Assembly (NCBI RefSeq): GCF_001194135.2
Contig: NC_068981.1
Span: forward strand, 139,982,678 to 140,046,605
Origin: Octopus bimaculoides
Taxonomy: Eukaryota
Reading direction: 5' to 3'
Length of the DNA stretch: 63,928 bases
Under the pieces are notes generated by a model that searched no databases, was not told the origin of the DNA, and saw nothing but the letters and a program-made list of their open reading frames with translations. The translations under genes and the position numbers were made by a program. Below, piece by piece: positions 1 through 12,005 of this stretch (its first letter is position 1; each line of letters begins with the position of its first letter).

Positions 1-180
1 GAACCAAATAATTTTCCTTGACCTATCTTTTTTGGTTTCTTATTATCCTGATCAATACATAGTAGTTATGTACTAATTTATCTTGATGTCACTAGCTCTA
101 TTATGTATATATGATTAAAATTTTGTTAACGATGAAATAATCATCTTCCATATCTTATCTGTTCAATATTTAAACATATG

Positions 181-250
181 AAGGCGGCTAGCTGGCAGCA
201 ACTTTAGCACACCGGGCGAAATGCTTTGGGGTATTTCGTCTGTCTTTATG
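181..250 (+). mobile_element. SINE family B, 5' fragment
   Basis: AAGGCGGCTAGCTGGCAGCAACTTTAGCACACCGGGCGAAATGCTT matches the head of the fuller B copies at 17108, 62911 and 12275. Confidence 0.7.
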
Positions 251-856
251 TGTTCTTACTTTCGATAGATATTTGCCAAAACCCTGAAAGATTGTCACTG
301 ATTCTGATTAATATTTAATTATTTATCGGAGCAGTAATAATCTCTTTAAATTTCTCTTTAGTTTTAATCCTTTATTAGCTTCTATTCCCCTCCACAGTTT
401 ATGTCACTCAACTCACTATACCCGATTGCAATATACGTTATCACCTCTTTCAAGTTTTACTTTTATGGAAGCAGTTCTTTAATAGTTTGACCTTCATGAC
501 AAATACAACTGCAGATCTTAGGTGGTACAGGCAAACAAGTGTAACATAATATCATGTATCACGGTGTTACTAATTGTTGTTGATTCCTATATCGTAAAGA
601 ACAAAAATAAGTACCTCATCACGATCCCCAAACTTGACTTACAAGGACATCTAGAAGAAAAAAGTCTGGTTGAAGAGACAACTCTGCTGGTAGGTGAGGA
701 CACTTATTTTTATCTGAATGAAAAAAAAACAAACAAAAAACAGGAGCGTGAAATAAACTACTTTAATGAAGGATAAAACCAATTTTTACGGCAAACTCTT
801 GAAGGAAAGCTAAGTATTGTAAAGCACCAACAGGGGCGTGAAAAGTTTCGTCATCT

Positions 857-1600
857 TTGAAAAATAATAGAACAAACTACGATAAATCGATAAATCAAAT
901 GTTGCCTTTCAATCCCAAGGTATCATACCGGGAGATAAGGAAGGACAACATCACCGTTAAAGCAAAAACATCTACAGGAGGTTTTGAATCATTCTCGTAT
1001 CACATCTTGAATGAAAAAGGAGGCTTCAAGCAGAATGAACTGTGGGTAAATTGAACTAATGAAAATACTGTACCAACATCGATCGTAATAACAATATACA
1101 TTCAACTCTGAAACATTCACCGTAGCTGTAAACAAACTGCGTAATTACAAGGCACCTGGAAGAGTCCTAGGAGCTGGATACTGGTGCAAGAAGGTAACTT
1201 TTCACAGAAAGCCAATAATGTGTGTACTCAAGTGAACGATGAAAGCTCAGGTTAACATGCCATATTGGCATGCTAGAGGATAGAAGAATCTCATAGCAAA
1301 GAAGTTAATCGAAAATGTTATTAAAGTATCATCTTTCAATGCGGCATTAATTTCGTAATTATGTAGAATACATTCCGAAGAAAAAACTGTTCTGAGGAAA
1401 AATCTTCTGTTGTTTAATAAACACATAAACATCAACACAAGACATATGTGTGGAACGTCCAACAATTGCAAGTATGCCTGGCCTGTTATCGTTGTTTGGA
1501 GCAGACAAGAAAGAGCATGTACTCCTTTGCAGGTCAGTTGCTCCACTGACGTATGGTTATGAAAACATGATAACTACGGACAAATGCTTGGAACCTCCAA
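857..1600 (+). mobile_element. Decayed R4/Dong-like non-LTR retrotransposon, N-terminal RT region
   Basis: Manual translation gives FNPKVSYREIRK...FESFSYHILNEKGGFKQNELWV and NKLRNYKAPGRVLGAGYWCKKVT. These resemble the 'NWKAPGPDGIHGFWxKK' pre-RT motif of R4/Dong elements. Many stops and frameshifts. Confidence 0.6.
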
Positions 1601-1914
1601 GTTTCTAACCCAAATTACAAATAATAATACGGTTTTGCGAGTAAATCCCTAAGTGTCAATGTGGAACGCATAAGATCTTCAATAAAAAGCTTCAAACAAT
1701 TACATTACAAACATTACAAATGCAATCTGTCAGTAACCTGAACAGTAAAAATATGCAAGATTTTTCTCAAGCTCAGAATCTAACATTGTTCTGGTTATCT
1801 TACCTTCCAAAGATTAATGTTGGTATTTTTGTTAGAAGCCAGCTTTGTTAGAAGCCAGCTTTGTTAGAAGCAGGGATAATACAATCTTACATAATACATA
1901 CATACACGCATAAA

Positions 1915-1950
<36 letters not shown>

Positions 1951-1964
1951 TATATGCACAGGCA

Positions 1965-2135
1965 AATATGTGTTTGTCCTCCAGCGCGTTTGGTGTGTAT
2001 ATATCCACGTAACTTAGCGGCTCGGCCAAAAAGAATAATGAAATGAGTACCAGACTTCAAAATAAGTATTAGGATCGATTGTTTAGACTCAAATTTCAAA
2101 AGGCTGCAGTCAGATTACTGGAACATATAAAGGTA
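1965..2135 (+). mobile_element. SINE family A, 3' half (diverged)
   Basis: TGTGTTTGTCC...CCACGTAACTTAGCGGCTCGGC...GAGTACCAGACTT...GGATCGATT matches the A 3' half at 20900 and 21250. Preceded by a (TACA)n/(TA)n tract. Confidence 0.7.
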
Positions 2136-2147
2136 TGAAAGAATGTA

Positions 2148-2420
2148 CATGTGTGTATGTATGTATGTATGTATGTATGTATGTACGTATGTATGTATGT
2201 ATGTATGTATGTATGTATGTATGTATGTATCTGTCTGTCTGTCTGTCAGTCTGTCTGTCTATCTAACTGTTTCTCTATCTATCTATCTATATATATATAT
2301 GTACATTCACTGAAACGCACAGATACAACCCCACGACGGATGCACACACACATACGCGCGCGCGCACACACACAAACGTACGACGCACTCACGCACGTAC
2401 ACACACATACACACACACTA
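2148..2420. repeat. Compound microsatellite (TATG)n/(TCTG)n/(TCTA)n/(CA)n
   Basis: Read directly; it explains the MYVC/THTH ORFs. Confidence 0.95.
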
Positions 2421-2959
2421 ATATATATGTACCTATCAGATCAACTTGATTTCCTTTCATTATCCATCATTGCACGCTAACAAGTTATACTAAAGCATTA
2501 GAGTATTGTTTCTTTTATGCTGCTGAAACCATATAATTGGCACTGAGATTAAAATAATTAAAATGGAACGGTGGATGTAATTAGCAATTTAATTCGAAAT
2601 ATATTCCTCCTTAGCGTTGTTTTATAGAGGAACCTACATTTCTGATATGTTTTGTCTGTAGATATTTACGATTTACTCGCTTTGAACATCTTAAAGTGAT
2701 GCAAACTTTTCCACTCTATTCGTTTCCTCATTTAATTTTAGATGATCATTATTGAATCTTCTGCGCATGGTAATCATGAATATATATCTTCAGTTATTTT
2801 CCCTTGTGTTGAGCCAATAGAGCAGATAGTGATAACACCCCAGGGTTAAAACGAGAAATTGAAGATGATTGTTTCATCGTTAACAAAATTTTAATCATAT
2901 ATACATAATAGAGCTAGTGACATCAAGATAAATTAGTACATAACTACTATAATATTGAT

Positions 2960-3065
2960 CAGGATAATAAGAAACCAAAAAGACAGGCCAAGGAAAATTA
3001 TTTGGTTCGCCCCTCCCTTTTCCTTTAATATAAAAACTAACAGTGGTAAAAGATTCCTGTCACTC
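2960..3065 (+). mobile_element. Penelope-like element fragment (RT-endonuclease linker)
   Basis: Translates as RPRKIIWFAPPFSFNIKTNSGKRFLS, matching the PLE motif 'RxRNIIWFNPPFSxNVKTNIGKxFL'. Confidence 0.65.
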
Positions 3066-3317
3066 CAAGACAGGAATTGTTTACTGCCGTTGTTTACTGC
3101 CTGAATTTTCTATATGCTGCATTATCAGCTTCATCGCGTTTCTTCTATTTATTCACGTTTTTAGTTTGTTTTGACATGTGGTTTGCACTTGAAGATTATG
3201 TCTGAATATTTCTTTACATATGAAACTATTAGAGGTAATGTGCTCTTTGAATAAATAATTATGTATGTATGTATGTATGTATGTATGTATGTATGTATTT
3301 ATGTATGTATGTATATC

Positions 3318-3517
3318 TGGTGTATATTTAAATGCATAAGAGGAGTCCACTCATGGAATTCCTTACGCTAGAAAGAACTGCTAGGTTCTAGAACCGCAAA
3401 TTAGGGATAAAATCCCGAGAGGAACGAAATGAAGAATAAAAACTTTTTCCATCTCTTTCCTGGATCAATTGGTTTCTGACTTGAGTGGATTCCTCTTATG
3501 TATTTAAATATACACTG
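3318..3517. mobile_element. Tc1/mariner-type MITE with ~34-bp terminal inverted repeats
   Basis: Left GTGTATATTTAAATGCATAAGAGGAGTCCACTCA (3320-3353) versus reverse complement of right (CA)GTGTATATTTAAATACATAAGAGGAATCCACTCA (3482-3517): 2 mismatches. Right end ...CACTG|TA. Confidence 0.75.
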
Positions 3518-3617
3518 TACCTTATGATTAATTCATAGTCTTTGGACTAAACTTTTATACGCTAGGCCACTTGGAGGTGAAAATTTTAATTTCCATTTCC
3601 CTTTGATATGATTATTT

Positions 3618-3651
<34 letters not shown>

Positions 3652-3724
3652 ATACGTATATATATATGTATATGTATATGTGTGTGTATATGTTTGTATA
3701 TATATATGTGTTTGTGTGTATATG

Positions 3725-3898
3725 TGTCTGTGTTTGTCCCCCAGCATCGCATGACAACCGATGCTACTGTGTTACGTCCCCGTAAATAAGTACTAGTCTT
3801 ACAAAGAATAATTCCTGGGGTCGATTTGCTCGATTAAGGCGGTATCCCACCATGGCCACAGTCAAATAACTGAAACAAGTAAAAGAATAAAAGAATTA
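3725..3898 (+). mobile_element. SINE family A, 3' half
   Basis: GTTTGTCCCCCAGCATCGCATGACAACCGATGC...GGGGTCGATTTGCTCGA...GAAACAAGTAAAAGAATAAAAGAA tail. Confidence 0.85.
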
Positions 3899-3916
3899 AA
3901 TTATATATATATATAT

Positions 3917-4545
3917 NNNNNNNNNNNNNNNNNNNNNNNNNNNNNNNNNNNNNNNNNNNNNNNNNNNNNNNNNNNNNNNNNNNNNNNNNNNNNNNNNNNN
4001 NNNNNNNNNNNNNNNNNNNNNNNNNNNNNNNNNNNNNNNNNNNNNNNNNNNNNNNNNNNNNNNNNNNNNNNNNNNNNNNNNNNNNNNNNNNNNNNNNNNN
4101 NNNNNNNNNNNNNNNNNNNNNNNNNNNNNNNNNNNNNNNNNNNNNNNNNNNNNNNNNNNNNNNNNNNNNNNNNNNNNNNNNNNNNNNNNNNNNNNNNNNN
4201 NNNNNNNNNNNNNNNNNNNNNNNNNNNNNNNNNNNNNNNNNNNNNNNNNNNNNNNNNNNNNNNNNNNNNNNNNNNNNNNNNNNNNNNNNNNNNNNNNNNN
4301 NNNNNNNNNNNNNNNNNNNNNNNNNNNNNNNNNNNNNNNNNNNNNNNNNNNNNNNNNNNNNNNNNNNNNNNNNNNNNNNNNNNNNNNNNNNNNNNNNNNN
4401 NNNNNNNNNNNNNNNNNNNNNNNNNNNNNNNNNNNNNNNNNNNNNNNNNNNNNNNNNNNNNNNNNNNNNNNNNNNNNNNNNNNNNNNNNNNNNNNNNNNN
4501 NNNNNNNNNNNNNNNNNNNNNNNNNNNNNNNNNNNNNNNNNNNNN

Positions 4546-4546
<1 letters not shown>
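3917..4546. other. Assembly gap; further N-runs at 15307-15560, 21183-21192, 33773-34468, 36772-36920, 40775-40902, 41840-42012, 43637-43968, 47658-47667 and 60399-60800
   Basis: N-runs, almost all flanked by (TA)n, (CA)n or (GA)n tracts, as expected for a short-read scaffold. Confidence 0.99.
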
Positions 4547-4596
<50 letters not shown>

Positions 4597-4616
4597 TTCA
4601 TACATACATACATGTG

Positions 4617-4900
4617 ATGGCGCGTTGCTTGGGACATTTGGCTCACAATCGCAAGGTCCTGAGTTCGATACACAGCGGTATGCTGTGTCTTTGAGCAAGA
4701 CCCTTTATTTCACGTTGCAAAGCTGCCAAAATTGAATAGTAGCTGTATCTCATAGGGCCAGCCTTATGAGATCCTGCGTTACCCTGAACCTCCCTGAGAA
4801 CTGCGTCAAGTGTAGGCATGTCAGTGGAGTGAATTTTTCGAGCACGCTTTTCTCTTATCCGAAACAACTGGAACTCTGGTCGTCTTAACTAACGGAAGGC
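4617..4900 (+). mobile_element. SINE family D variant (tRNA-derived)
   Basis: tRNA-like head with B-box GAGTTCGATAC, then TGTGTCTTTGAGCAAGACCCTT. Body CCCTGAGAACTGCGTCAAG...GGAACTCTGGTCGTCTTAAC is shared with the D copy at 41420. Confidence 0.7.
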
Positions 4901-5834
4901 AGTTTTTTCATACATACATGCATATACACCCACTCCTTTGTTTATGTGCATGTGTGTTTGCACGCGCGCATCGCAATAATATATGAATCAGGCATTTTGA
5001 ATCATATGTGTGCGTAAGCGGACGTGAGAGTGCATTGGTGCGCGCGAAGGTGTTTGAGTGTATGTGCGACCCCCATATGTGTGTGTGTGTGCACGTGTGT
5101 GTATGTGCGCGTATATGAATGTGCGCGAATATGCATGTGCGCGTGTATGTATGTGCGCGTGTATGCATGTGCGCGTGTATGCATGTGCGCGTGTATCTTT
5201 GTGTGTGAATATACAGAGCACTGTGACTCGCTTCATATTTCTACTTCTCATTCATTTGTCTCTGATATAACTCAGTACCTTCTTGTACATTTTCTTTTAA
5301 ACTTCTTTCCATTAACGGTAATACATGAGAGGCAGCAATGGAATTGAATTATCTCATTTAGAAATTCTCATCCTGCAGCATTTGAATAAACCAAGATAAC
5401 AAAGGATCATTTCATATTAATGTATTCTTTATCACGATTCCTTTCTGTGTTTCGGGGTGAAAATTAATTTTTTTTAGAAAAAGTATTTTGACAGGTTTCA
5501 TAAAATAATATTTGCTTATTCGGTACTAACACCAAATGAGAAAACAAGTTGCCAAGTAATGTGAGAAGAATAATATTGAAGCAGTCGTATATCGGTTACA
5601 TGAACAAGAAAAATTACTTTGATTTGGTGATTCATCAGATTAGCAAATGTTTGAAAGTTAAATCATTCATTCTACAGTTACTGGAAGAAGAAACATTTTT
5701 AATCTCAAGAAATATTTAATCATACGAGAAGGCTAAATTTGACTTATCGAATTATGTGATATGTATAATTTATTTTAGAAAGGTTGGAAACGAAATTTCT
5801 CCTAAAAGCTTAAAATATCACACACATACACACA

Positions 5835-8110
5835 CACCGGGTTTCAGAACGCCTGGAGCACTTAGGTGTGGCCACCTAGATAATCAGGGTGAAGCTCAGG
5901 AGAATAAAGGAGACCTAGCAGTTTTGTGGCTGGATCCATATACCATACGGGTCTATAGACCACGAATTGGTTAAAGAGGCTGAAAAAGTCCCGTGCCCCA
6001 TACATTCTGGACTACTACGATAGCCCCAGTCTGAAAGTCTCTGCAGCGTCCACACTATATGAGTGGCACAGGGCCGAGAAATGCATTATCACTTGATGTA
6101 TCATTCCCGCGCTTACAATTAAGATATTAGAATCAGTGAAAATGCAGTGTAAAGAGGCTTGAAGTGTTGTTGACTTGAGGTCGTATGAATTTCAGGTTAG
6201 TCATGTGCAATTATCTTGTGCTCATGAAAGTCACTAGCAGTCACCCTAGAAACAAGGTCCCTTGTTCAACGTCCTCTGAGCACTAAGTTTGAATGTGATA
6301 CTAATCTATGAGAATAGTAATTTTGACTTCAACGCCCGCATGTTGAGATCTTATCTTTTACGAGCCGAATGGAGAGCAAGGTCGAAGTGTTGCTTTGAAA
6401 AGGCCGGGACTTCGAGATACGGTTAATCTTCCTGGACCGAGATGGTAAATTGGAGGTCTTGTATGTAAACAATAGCAAATGGTTGCCGTGTATGCCCCCC
6501 ACTGGGATGAGGCGGATAGATTTGCTCAGACGCTGAAGGTTTTCCTGTGAATGTCCTGCCGTTTAGCGATAGTGAGCAACTTGAACGGTACTTTGTTGTA
6601 CGTCTGATCTCTGTGGTGTAGGTTATATGAAAAAGGCAGGTTAAACCTGCTTAGTCGTTTCCAAATATCTGAGAATTATCGACTGAATTTCTCGAGTGTG
6701 CCAGTATCGATAGAAGCAAACAGCATCAAGTCATTCAGATCATATCTGGGTGCAGTTTTTTGTAGGACATCCGAGAGGAATGACAAAGGTTGTTCACAAA
6801 TCAAAATGGGCTGTTACACTGGCCTCAAATTTGTAATATGTACGGTCGACCTGGGTAAGATGAATAGACAGGGATCAAGTTACTGGAAATTAAATGCATC
6901 TTTCCGAGTTGTGCCAAATTCGGAAAGAGCGGATTAGAGAAATAGTTAAGAGTGATTTTACGGGAGAAATAGTTAATAATCGATATGGAGGTGAGCTAGG
7001 CAAAGAACTAAAAGTTAAAATCGATAAGGTTCAGCAACTCAACAGTGATAGAGAACACTAGAGTAGAGGAGGAGCTAGTTAGTAATCCAGAAGGGACACT
7101 CAAGAAAGGCATTGAGACTGGTGCGCTAACAGCGAGATTGAGCCGTGGCCGACTCTTTCAGGCAATGTACGAAAGTGGCATTTTAGTAGCCAAGGCTTGT
7201 TCTTTGGCACCAGGAAGCGGAAGCTGTTTGAAGGGCTTTCGTAAAAGAGAAGAATTCAACAGTTTTGTCCTTGGTGAATCGCAAGGAGCACCCGCGTCTA
7301 GAATCCAAACAAATGTATAAAATTTCTCAATTGTACTGCGAGCGAGGTAGTTAGTCTCAACAACAAATGGACCAAAAAAGAAATAGCTACTGAAAGGTCG
7401 ACTGAAGTGCAAAATGCCGATATCATATCCGTTATGTTCTACTGCCTGACCACCTGACCACCATGCTTTGTTTCATTTCATCGCTGATCACAATGGAGTG
7501 CTTACTTTTTAGCTTTATATGGAGGTGATCTATTTTGCTTGTTAGAAGCGTCATTTGTTGTGTTGCCAGCTGAGCATGCCGTGGCTAATGATGTACAAAA
7601 ATGTACTGAGTTGCGGCTTCTCCAGCGTTTTCTTGGTGTAGGAAGGATCCGGTTAGCAGCAGACCCCATCCTGAAGGTCAATCTACTGCCTTCTTTCCAT
7701 CGGAACGGCTAAGCGGTTTTCCTATGTTTAGTGGATATGGCGAAAGATATGTGTTGGATGCGATTGAAAGTGCTGAATACAGACACTTTCTTCATCAACG
7801 TTTTCAAGTTCCATTTGGAGAGGAAAATGAGAGTGGAAAGACATGTGCTTCCACTCAGTAAATTTGCTGAAGGGTGAGAGAATATACTGAGAATGGTCCA
7901 AGTGAATGCGCCCAAGCATGTAAGCTTGGGTTTGTAGGTTGAAAATTGCAGAGAACATAGCATTTTCCATTATACTGAGAGTGAATGTGGTGACTCGAGA
8001 TTTTGGGAGTTCCTTGGTCGCCCCTGATTAAGTTTTTGTTATAATTTTTTGTTATTGCTTTATTGTTTACACGTTTATGCAAAATCTCTCTGCCCTTTTT
8101 TCTTGTCCTA
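5835..8110 (+). mobile_element. Heavily deleted Tx1/L1-like LINE (APE endonuclease to C-terminus plus 3' UTR)
   Basis: Motifs IFLDRDGKLEVLYV...VAVYAP (~6430-6500) and GSSYWKLNASF (~6870-6905). C-terminal GRIRLAADPILKVNLLPSFHRNG*AVFLCLVDMAKDMCWMRLKVLNTDTFF..FKFHLERKMRVERHVL aligns with the copy at 31.9 kb. The 5835-6250 portion is tentative. Confidence 0.75.
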
Positions 8111-8152
8111 AATGATTTAGCAACTCGTTGCTAATGTATAACAACAACTGAC

Positions 8153-8153
<1 letters not shown>

Positions 8154-8190
<37 letters not shown>

Positions 8191-8400
8191 CACCACCACC
8201 TCCTATTCCTCCTCCTTGTCCTCTACCTCCTCCTTGTCTTCTACCTCCTCCTTGTCCTCTACCTCCTCCTTGTCCTCTACCTCCTCCTTGTCCTCTACCT
8301 CCTCCTTGTCCTCTACCTCCTCCTTGTCCTCTACCTTCTCCTTGTCCTCTACCTCCTTCTTCTCCTCCTCGCCCTCTTCCTCTTCCGCCAACAACAACAA
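8154..8400. repeat. (GAC)n plus eight copies of 18-bp CTCCTCCTTGTCCTCTAC (8209-8352) plus (CCT)n/(AAC)n
   Basis: Units counted directly; they generate the EEVEDK, GGGRGQ and SSTSSL ORFs. Confidence 0.95.
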
Positions 8401-8404
8401 CACC

Positions 8405-8495
8405 CATAATTTCTATTAAAGGCACCAAGTCTGAAATTTTGGTAGAAGGGTTCAGTCGATTACATCGACCCCGAAAGGGTGAAAGGTAAAGTCGA
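8405..8495 (-). mobile_element. SINE family B, 3' fragment
   Basis: GGCACCAAGTCTGAAATTTT...CAGTCGATTACATCGACCCCGAAAGGGTGAAAGGTAAAGTCGA is the reverse complement of the B body and tail. Confidence 0.65.
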
Positions 8496-9607
8496 TAATG
8501 ATATAGGCATAAAGAAATCTAACGACTTTAGATTAAAACGTATTCAATGAATTTGTCAATTATGCACCAACACATTAGATAAAAGCGAGTTCAATGAAGT
8601 TTGTAAATTCTTCACCGAGGTGGGTGGAGCGATGTAGTGCACAAATTGATGAAACATCACCTGATTTCTCATTCAAACCGTCATTGAAAAAGAATAGCTC
8701 TACTGTTGTTATTAGGATTGTTTTCTCTTTAGTGAAAAGTAGTATAATCTGTTTAAAAGCACGGTGGCATTATTATGAACAAGCTCCCGGGAGCGAACGA
8801 AAACAACATACTGGAACGCAGATGAAATTACAGGGCAATTATTTGTTAATACATAATAAATAAGGCGATTGTCCGTGTAGCAGTGTAACATCCCAAATGG
8901 ATAACGTAACATTAGAAGGTGTTTTAATATACACTGTTTCTTCAATCACTTGGCTACCGTCAGAAATAAGGAAAAAAGAAAAGCGATAGGTTGACTGAAA
9001 TTTATATGGAAATTAATTCACTTCGATATTGAATAGTCAACAGTTGAACGCATTACACCATACATGAAAGGCAACAGTCAATTTCACGCCATAATGACTA
9101 AGAAATATTCTATTTTAAATCGTCAATCTGATATGTTAAAGTAGCTTAAATTATGGTTAATGTCGCCGTAATGAATAGGTTCCACCTGGTGAACTGTTAC
9201 ATCAACGGAACATAGCAGAATCAAGGGCCCTCACGTGACTAATGAATAAATCCATTATTAATGTGGAAAGAATCATGATCTTCAGTGTTTCTGGAAACCA
9301 TTACTAGACTAGGAAATGAGAGAAATGAAATGATATTTATCCTTTATAAAAGTGCATCTCCACGATTATGAGGAAGGCTTGTAGACTAGTAGTTGCCCCT
9401 ACAATCATTCCTGAAAAGTGCACAACATTGATGTCTATCCAATGGAAAAGAAACCGACTTGGGTCGTTATATTTTGGTACTGATATTACTATCTACTGCC
9501 CACTACTGGTGTAATTTTATCGTCCCCAGTTCGAAGAAAAATAAAGTAGTTAATTTCCGTGCTATTTGAACCCAGAACGCCAAAAATTGAACAAATATGC
9601 ATAAAGC

Positions 9608-9700
<93 letters not shown>

Positions 9701-9766
9701 TTATATATATACATTATTTACATTATTTACATTTGACGGATATTTGTCCTCATCTTGTTTGTTGTT

Positions 9767-9812
9767 AACACAACGTTTCGGCTGATATACCCTCCAGCCT
9801 TCGTCAGGTGTC
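9767..9812 (-). ncRNA. Minimal type I hammerhead ribozyme, core intact
   Basis: Minus strand: GACAC-CUGACGA-A-GGCUG(GAGGGUAUAU)CAGCC-GAAAC-GUU-GUGUU. Stem I is GACAC/GUGUU, stem II is GGCUG/CAGCC, and palindromic AACGUU allows an intermolecular stem III. Confidence 0.8.
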
Positions 9813-9978
9813 TTGGGGAAATTTCGAACCTGGGTTCTCATTCCTAACGATGTTACTATTATTATATTATTATTATTATTATTATTAATAATAGTATTAA
9901 TAATAATAATAATAATAATGATAATATAATAATAGTAACATCGTTAGGAATGAGAACCCAGGTTCGAAATTTCCCCAA

Positions 9979-10024
9979 GACACCTGACGAAGGCTGGAGG
10001 GTATATCAGCCAAAACGTTGTGTT
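9979..10024 (+). ncRNA. Hammerhead motif with G12-to-A substitution (predicted inactive)
   Basis: Identical to 9767-9812 except CAGCC-AAAAC at 10012. Confidence 0.7.
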
Positions 10025-11199
10025 AACAACAAACAAGATGAGGACAAATATCCGTCAAATGTAAATAATGTAAATAATGTAAATAATTCCTTATCTCTTA
10101 AATATAGAACTGTATTATATATATATTTATATATATATATATACACGTATTATTTGGTTCTTGATTCAAAAGCATATTCTCAGTACTTCATTATATGTGT
10201 ATGTGTGTATGTGTGTGTGTGTGTGTGTGAGCTTCAATGAAAATATGTTTGTGTGTGAATGTGTTTGTAAGTATGTATGTATACATTTATGCACGTATGT
10301 GTGTGCCCTTGACTATCTGTCTTCATATTCATACTAGAAAGTAAACAAGTCATTCGTTGATGAAGTAGATTTTAATAAAATATTTAAATTGTTAAATGTA
10401 ACACTGATTCTTTGAAGACCTGAACATGTGTTTGTCATTTTTCTGTTTTCTTTTATTTGATCATTGGAGCATTATAATCTTTACTTAATTATATATTTAA
10501 TTTTTTTCGGAAACATTATATAATTATTACACTGACAAAATAGAAGAACAAAACATTATTTTATATGATATTTATTGAAATAATTATATTTGTAAGAAAT
10601 AATGAATAAAAAAGTTAATGTAAGTGATTCAGCAAATTAGGTATAATAAAATTATTATAGATTATATCATGAAGAATTGCAAATATTCAATTTTTGTAAT
10701 TTATTATCAAAGCAGCCAAGTTTTAAAGGAAATGCTGCTGTAGCTGTTTTCGTTGCTGTTATTGTTGTTGAAAATAATAAAGTGAAGAGTTCTGATCAAG
10801 CAGACATAAGAAAGTGCGTAAATCATCGAGAGATATGTTTCGTTCGATGATATAAATTTAATTATATTGTCTAACGTAGGGTAGCCATTAAGAGAAATGT
10901 GGCTACTATTTCTACCAAGATAAGAGAACGCCTATGGACGCCTATATTATCTCATATAGAAACTCTTCTTAACACTGGTTACTACGGTGTTGATTCTCAA
11001 ATGTATTTTGCAGGACGTGTGATTGTATAGCAATAATCAGCAGCTGTATGAGATAGATAAACAAAATAGAGGTTATAAAATAAAGGTAGACTGATTTAGG
11101 ATTTAAAAATTATAGACTTCTTTGTATTACCCCAAGTATAAAGTCAATACATATTTCAAGGTTTAATTCACATTATACAATATTGCATATATAAGCTCT

Positions 11200-12005
11200 A
11201 ATGAACTGGCATCAAAGCGTAGAGCTAGCCATGATAGTCTTCATGCGATTTTGATTTACTTGGATATTCCGGTACCAAATAACTAATAGAGGGGCACATG
11301 AGTGAAAGGATTAACTATTACATTAAATTCTTGAAGTAAAAGAGCCAAAACTTTTCAATAAGGCTCATAACTGGTGATGAAACTTGGATTCAACATTAGG
11401 AGCCAGAGTCAAAAAGACAATGGAATGACGTCATCCGACGTCTTTAAAGACAAAAAGTTTCAAGGCAGAAAATCCAGCTGCAAAATTCATGTTGACTGAC
11501 TTTGGGAATGTTCAAGGTGTTATTCTTCTCGATTTCTTGCCAAGAGGAGAAACGTTCAGTACTGAAGCTTAAATTAAGTCCCTCAAAACTAAGAGCAAGA
11601 AGTCGCTGAAGAAGACGATATTTGAAAAACTAAATTTTCATCTTCAGGCCTCACTTAAGTTTCCGAACAAGGACAGAATTCAGTTTTTTCGTGTGGACAA
11701 CGCTGTCGCACCCATCACACACGTAAATTAGTAGCATCAGACTTCTCTTTGGTCGAATGAGCGTTAAACATTATCGAGGTGATGAAGAAGTGACAGGTGA
11801 TGTAAGGACTTGGCTACGTCAACAGTCAGCTGAGTTTTGCGAAACTGAGATGCATACCTCCATTGGTAGGAGGAACACTGCTATTCAAAGAGATGATGGC
11901 TATGTTGAGAAGTAGGGATGTGAATCCCTGATGTATCGCTATATTGTGAGGTACGATATTGTGTTTGTTTTAAAAATAAATATTAGTTTTTGACTCACAC
12001 TTGTT
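11200..12005 (+). mobile_element. Decayed mariner transposon, catalytic domain to 3' end
   Basis: LITGDETWIQH*EPESKRQW, GVILLDFLPRGETF, HPSH...ASDFSL and AIQRDDGYVEK*. A TIR-like AGTTTTTGACTCACACTTG lies near 11985-12003. Confidence 0.8.

Larger units (their letters stand above)
9711..10080. mobile_element. Head-to-head inverted pair of headless family C copies (near-perfect palindrome)
   Basis: Reverse complement of 9711-9860 equals 9931-10080 at 149/150 positions. The centre is (TAT)n/(AAT)n. Confidence 0.95.

Noticed and set aside
8117-8428. Gly/Arg-rich and EEVEDK-repeat ORFs resembling RGG or neurofilament proteins
   Set aside because: Produced by an 18-bp minisatellite and triplet runs; there is no flanking coding context.
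8594-8863. 89-aa + ORF with an open antisense frame
   Set aside because: No motif or convincing splice sites; expected by chance.
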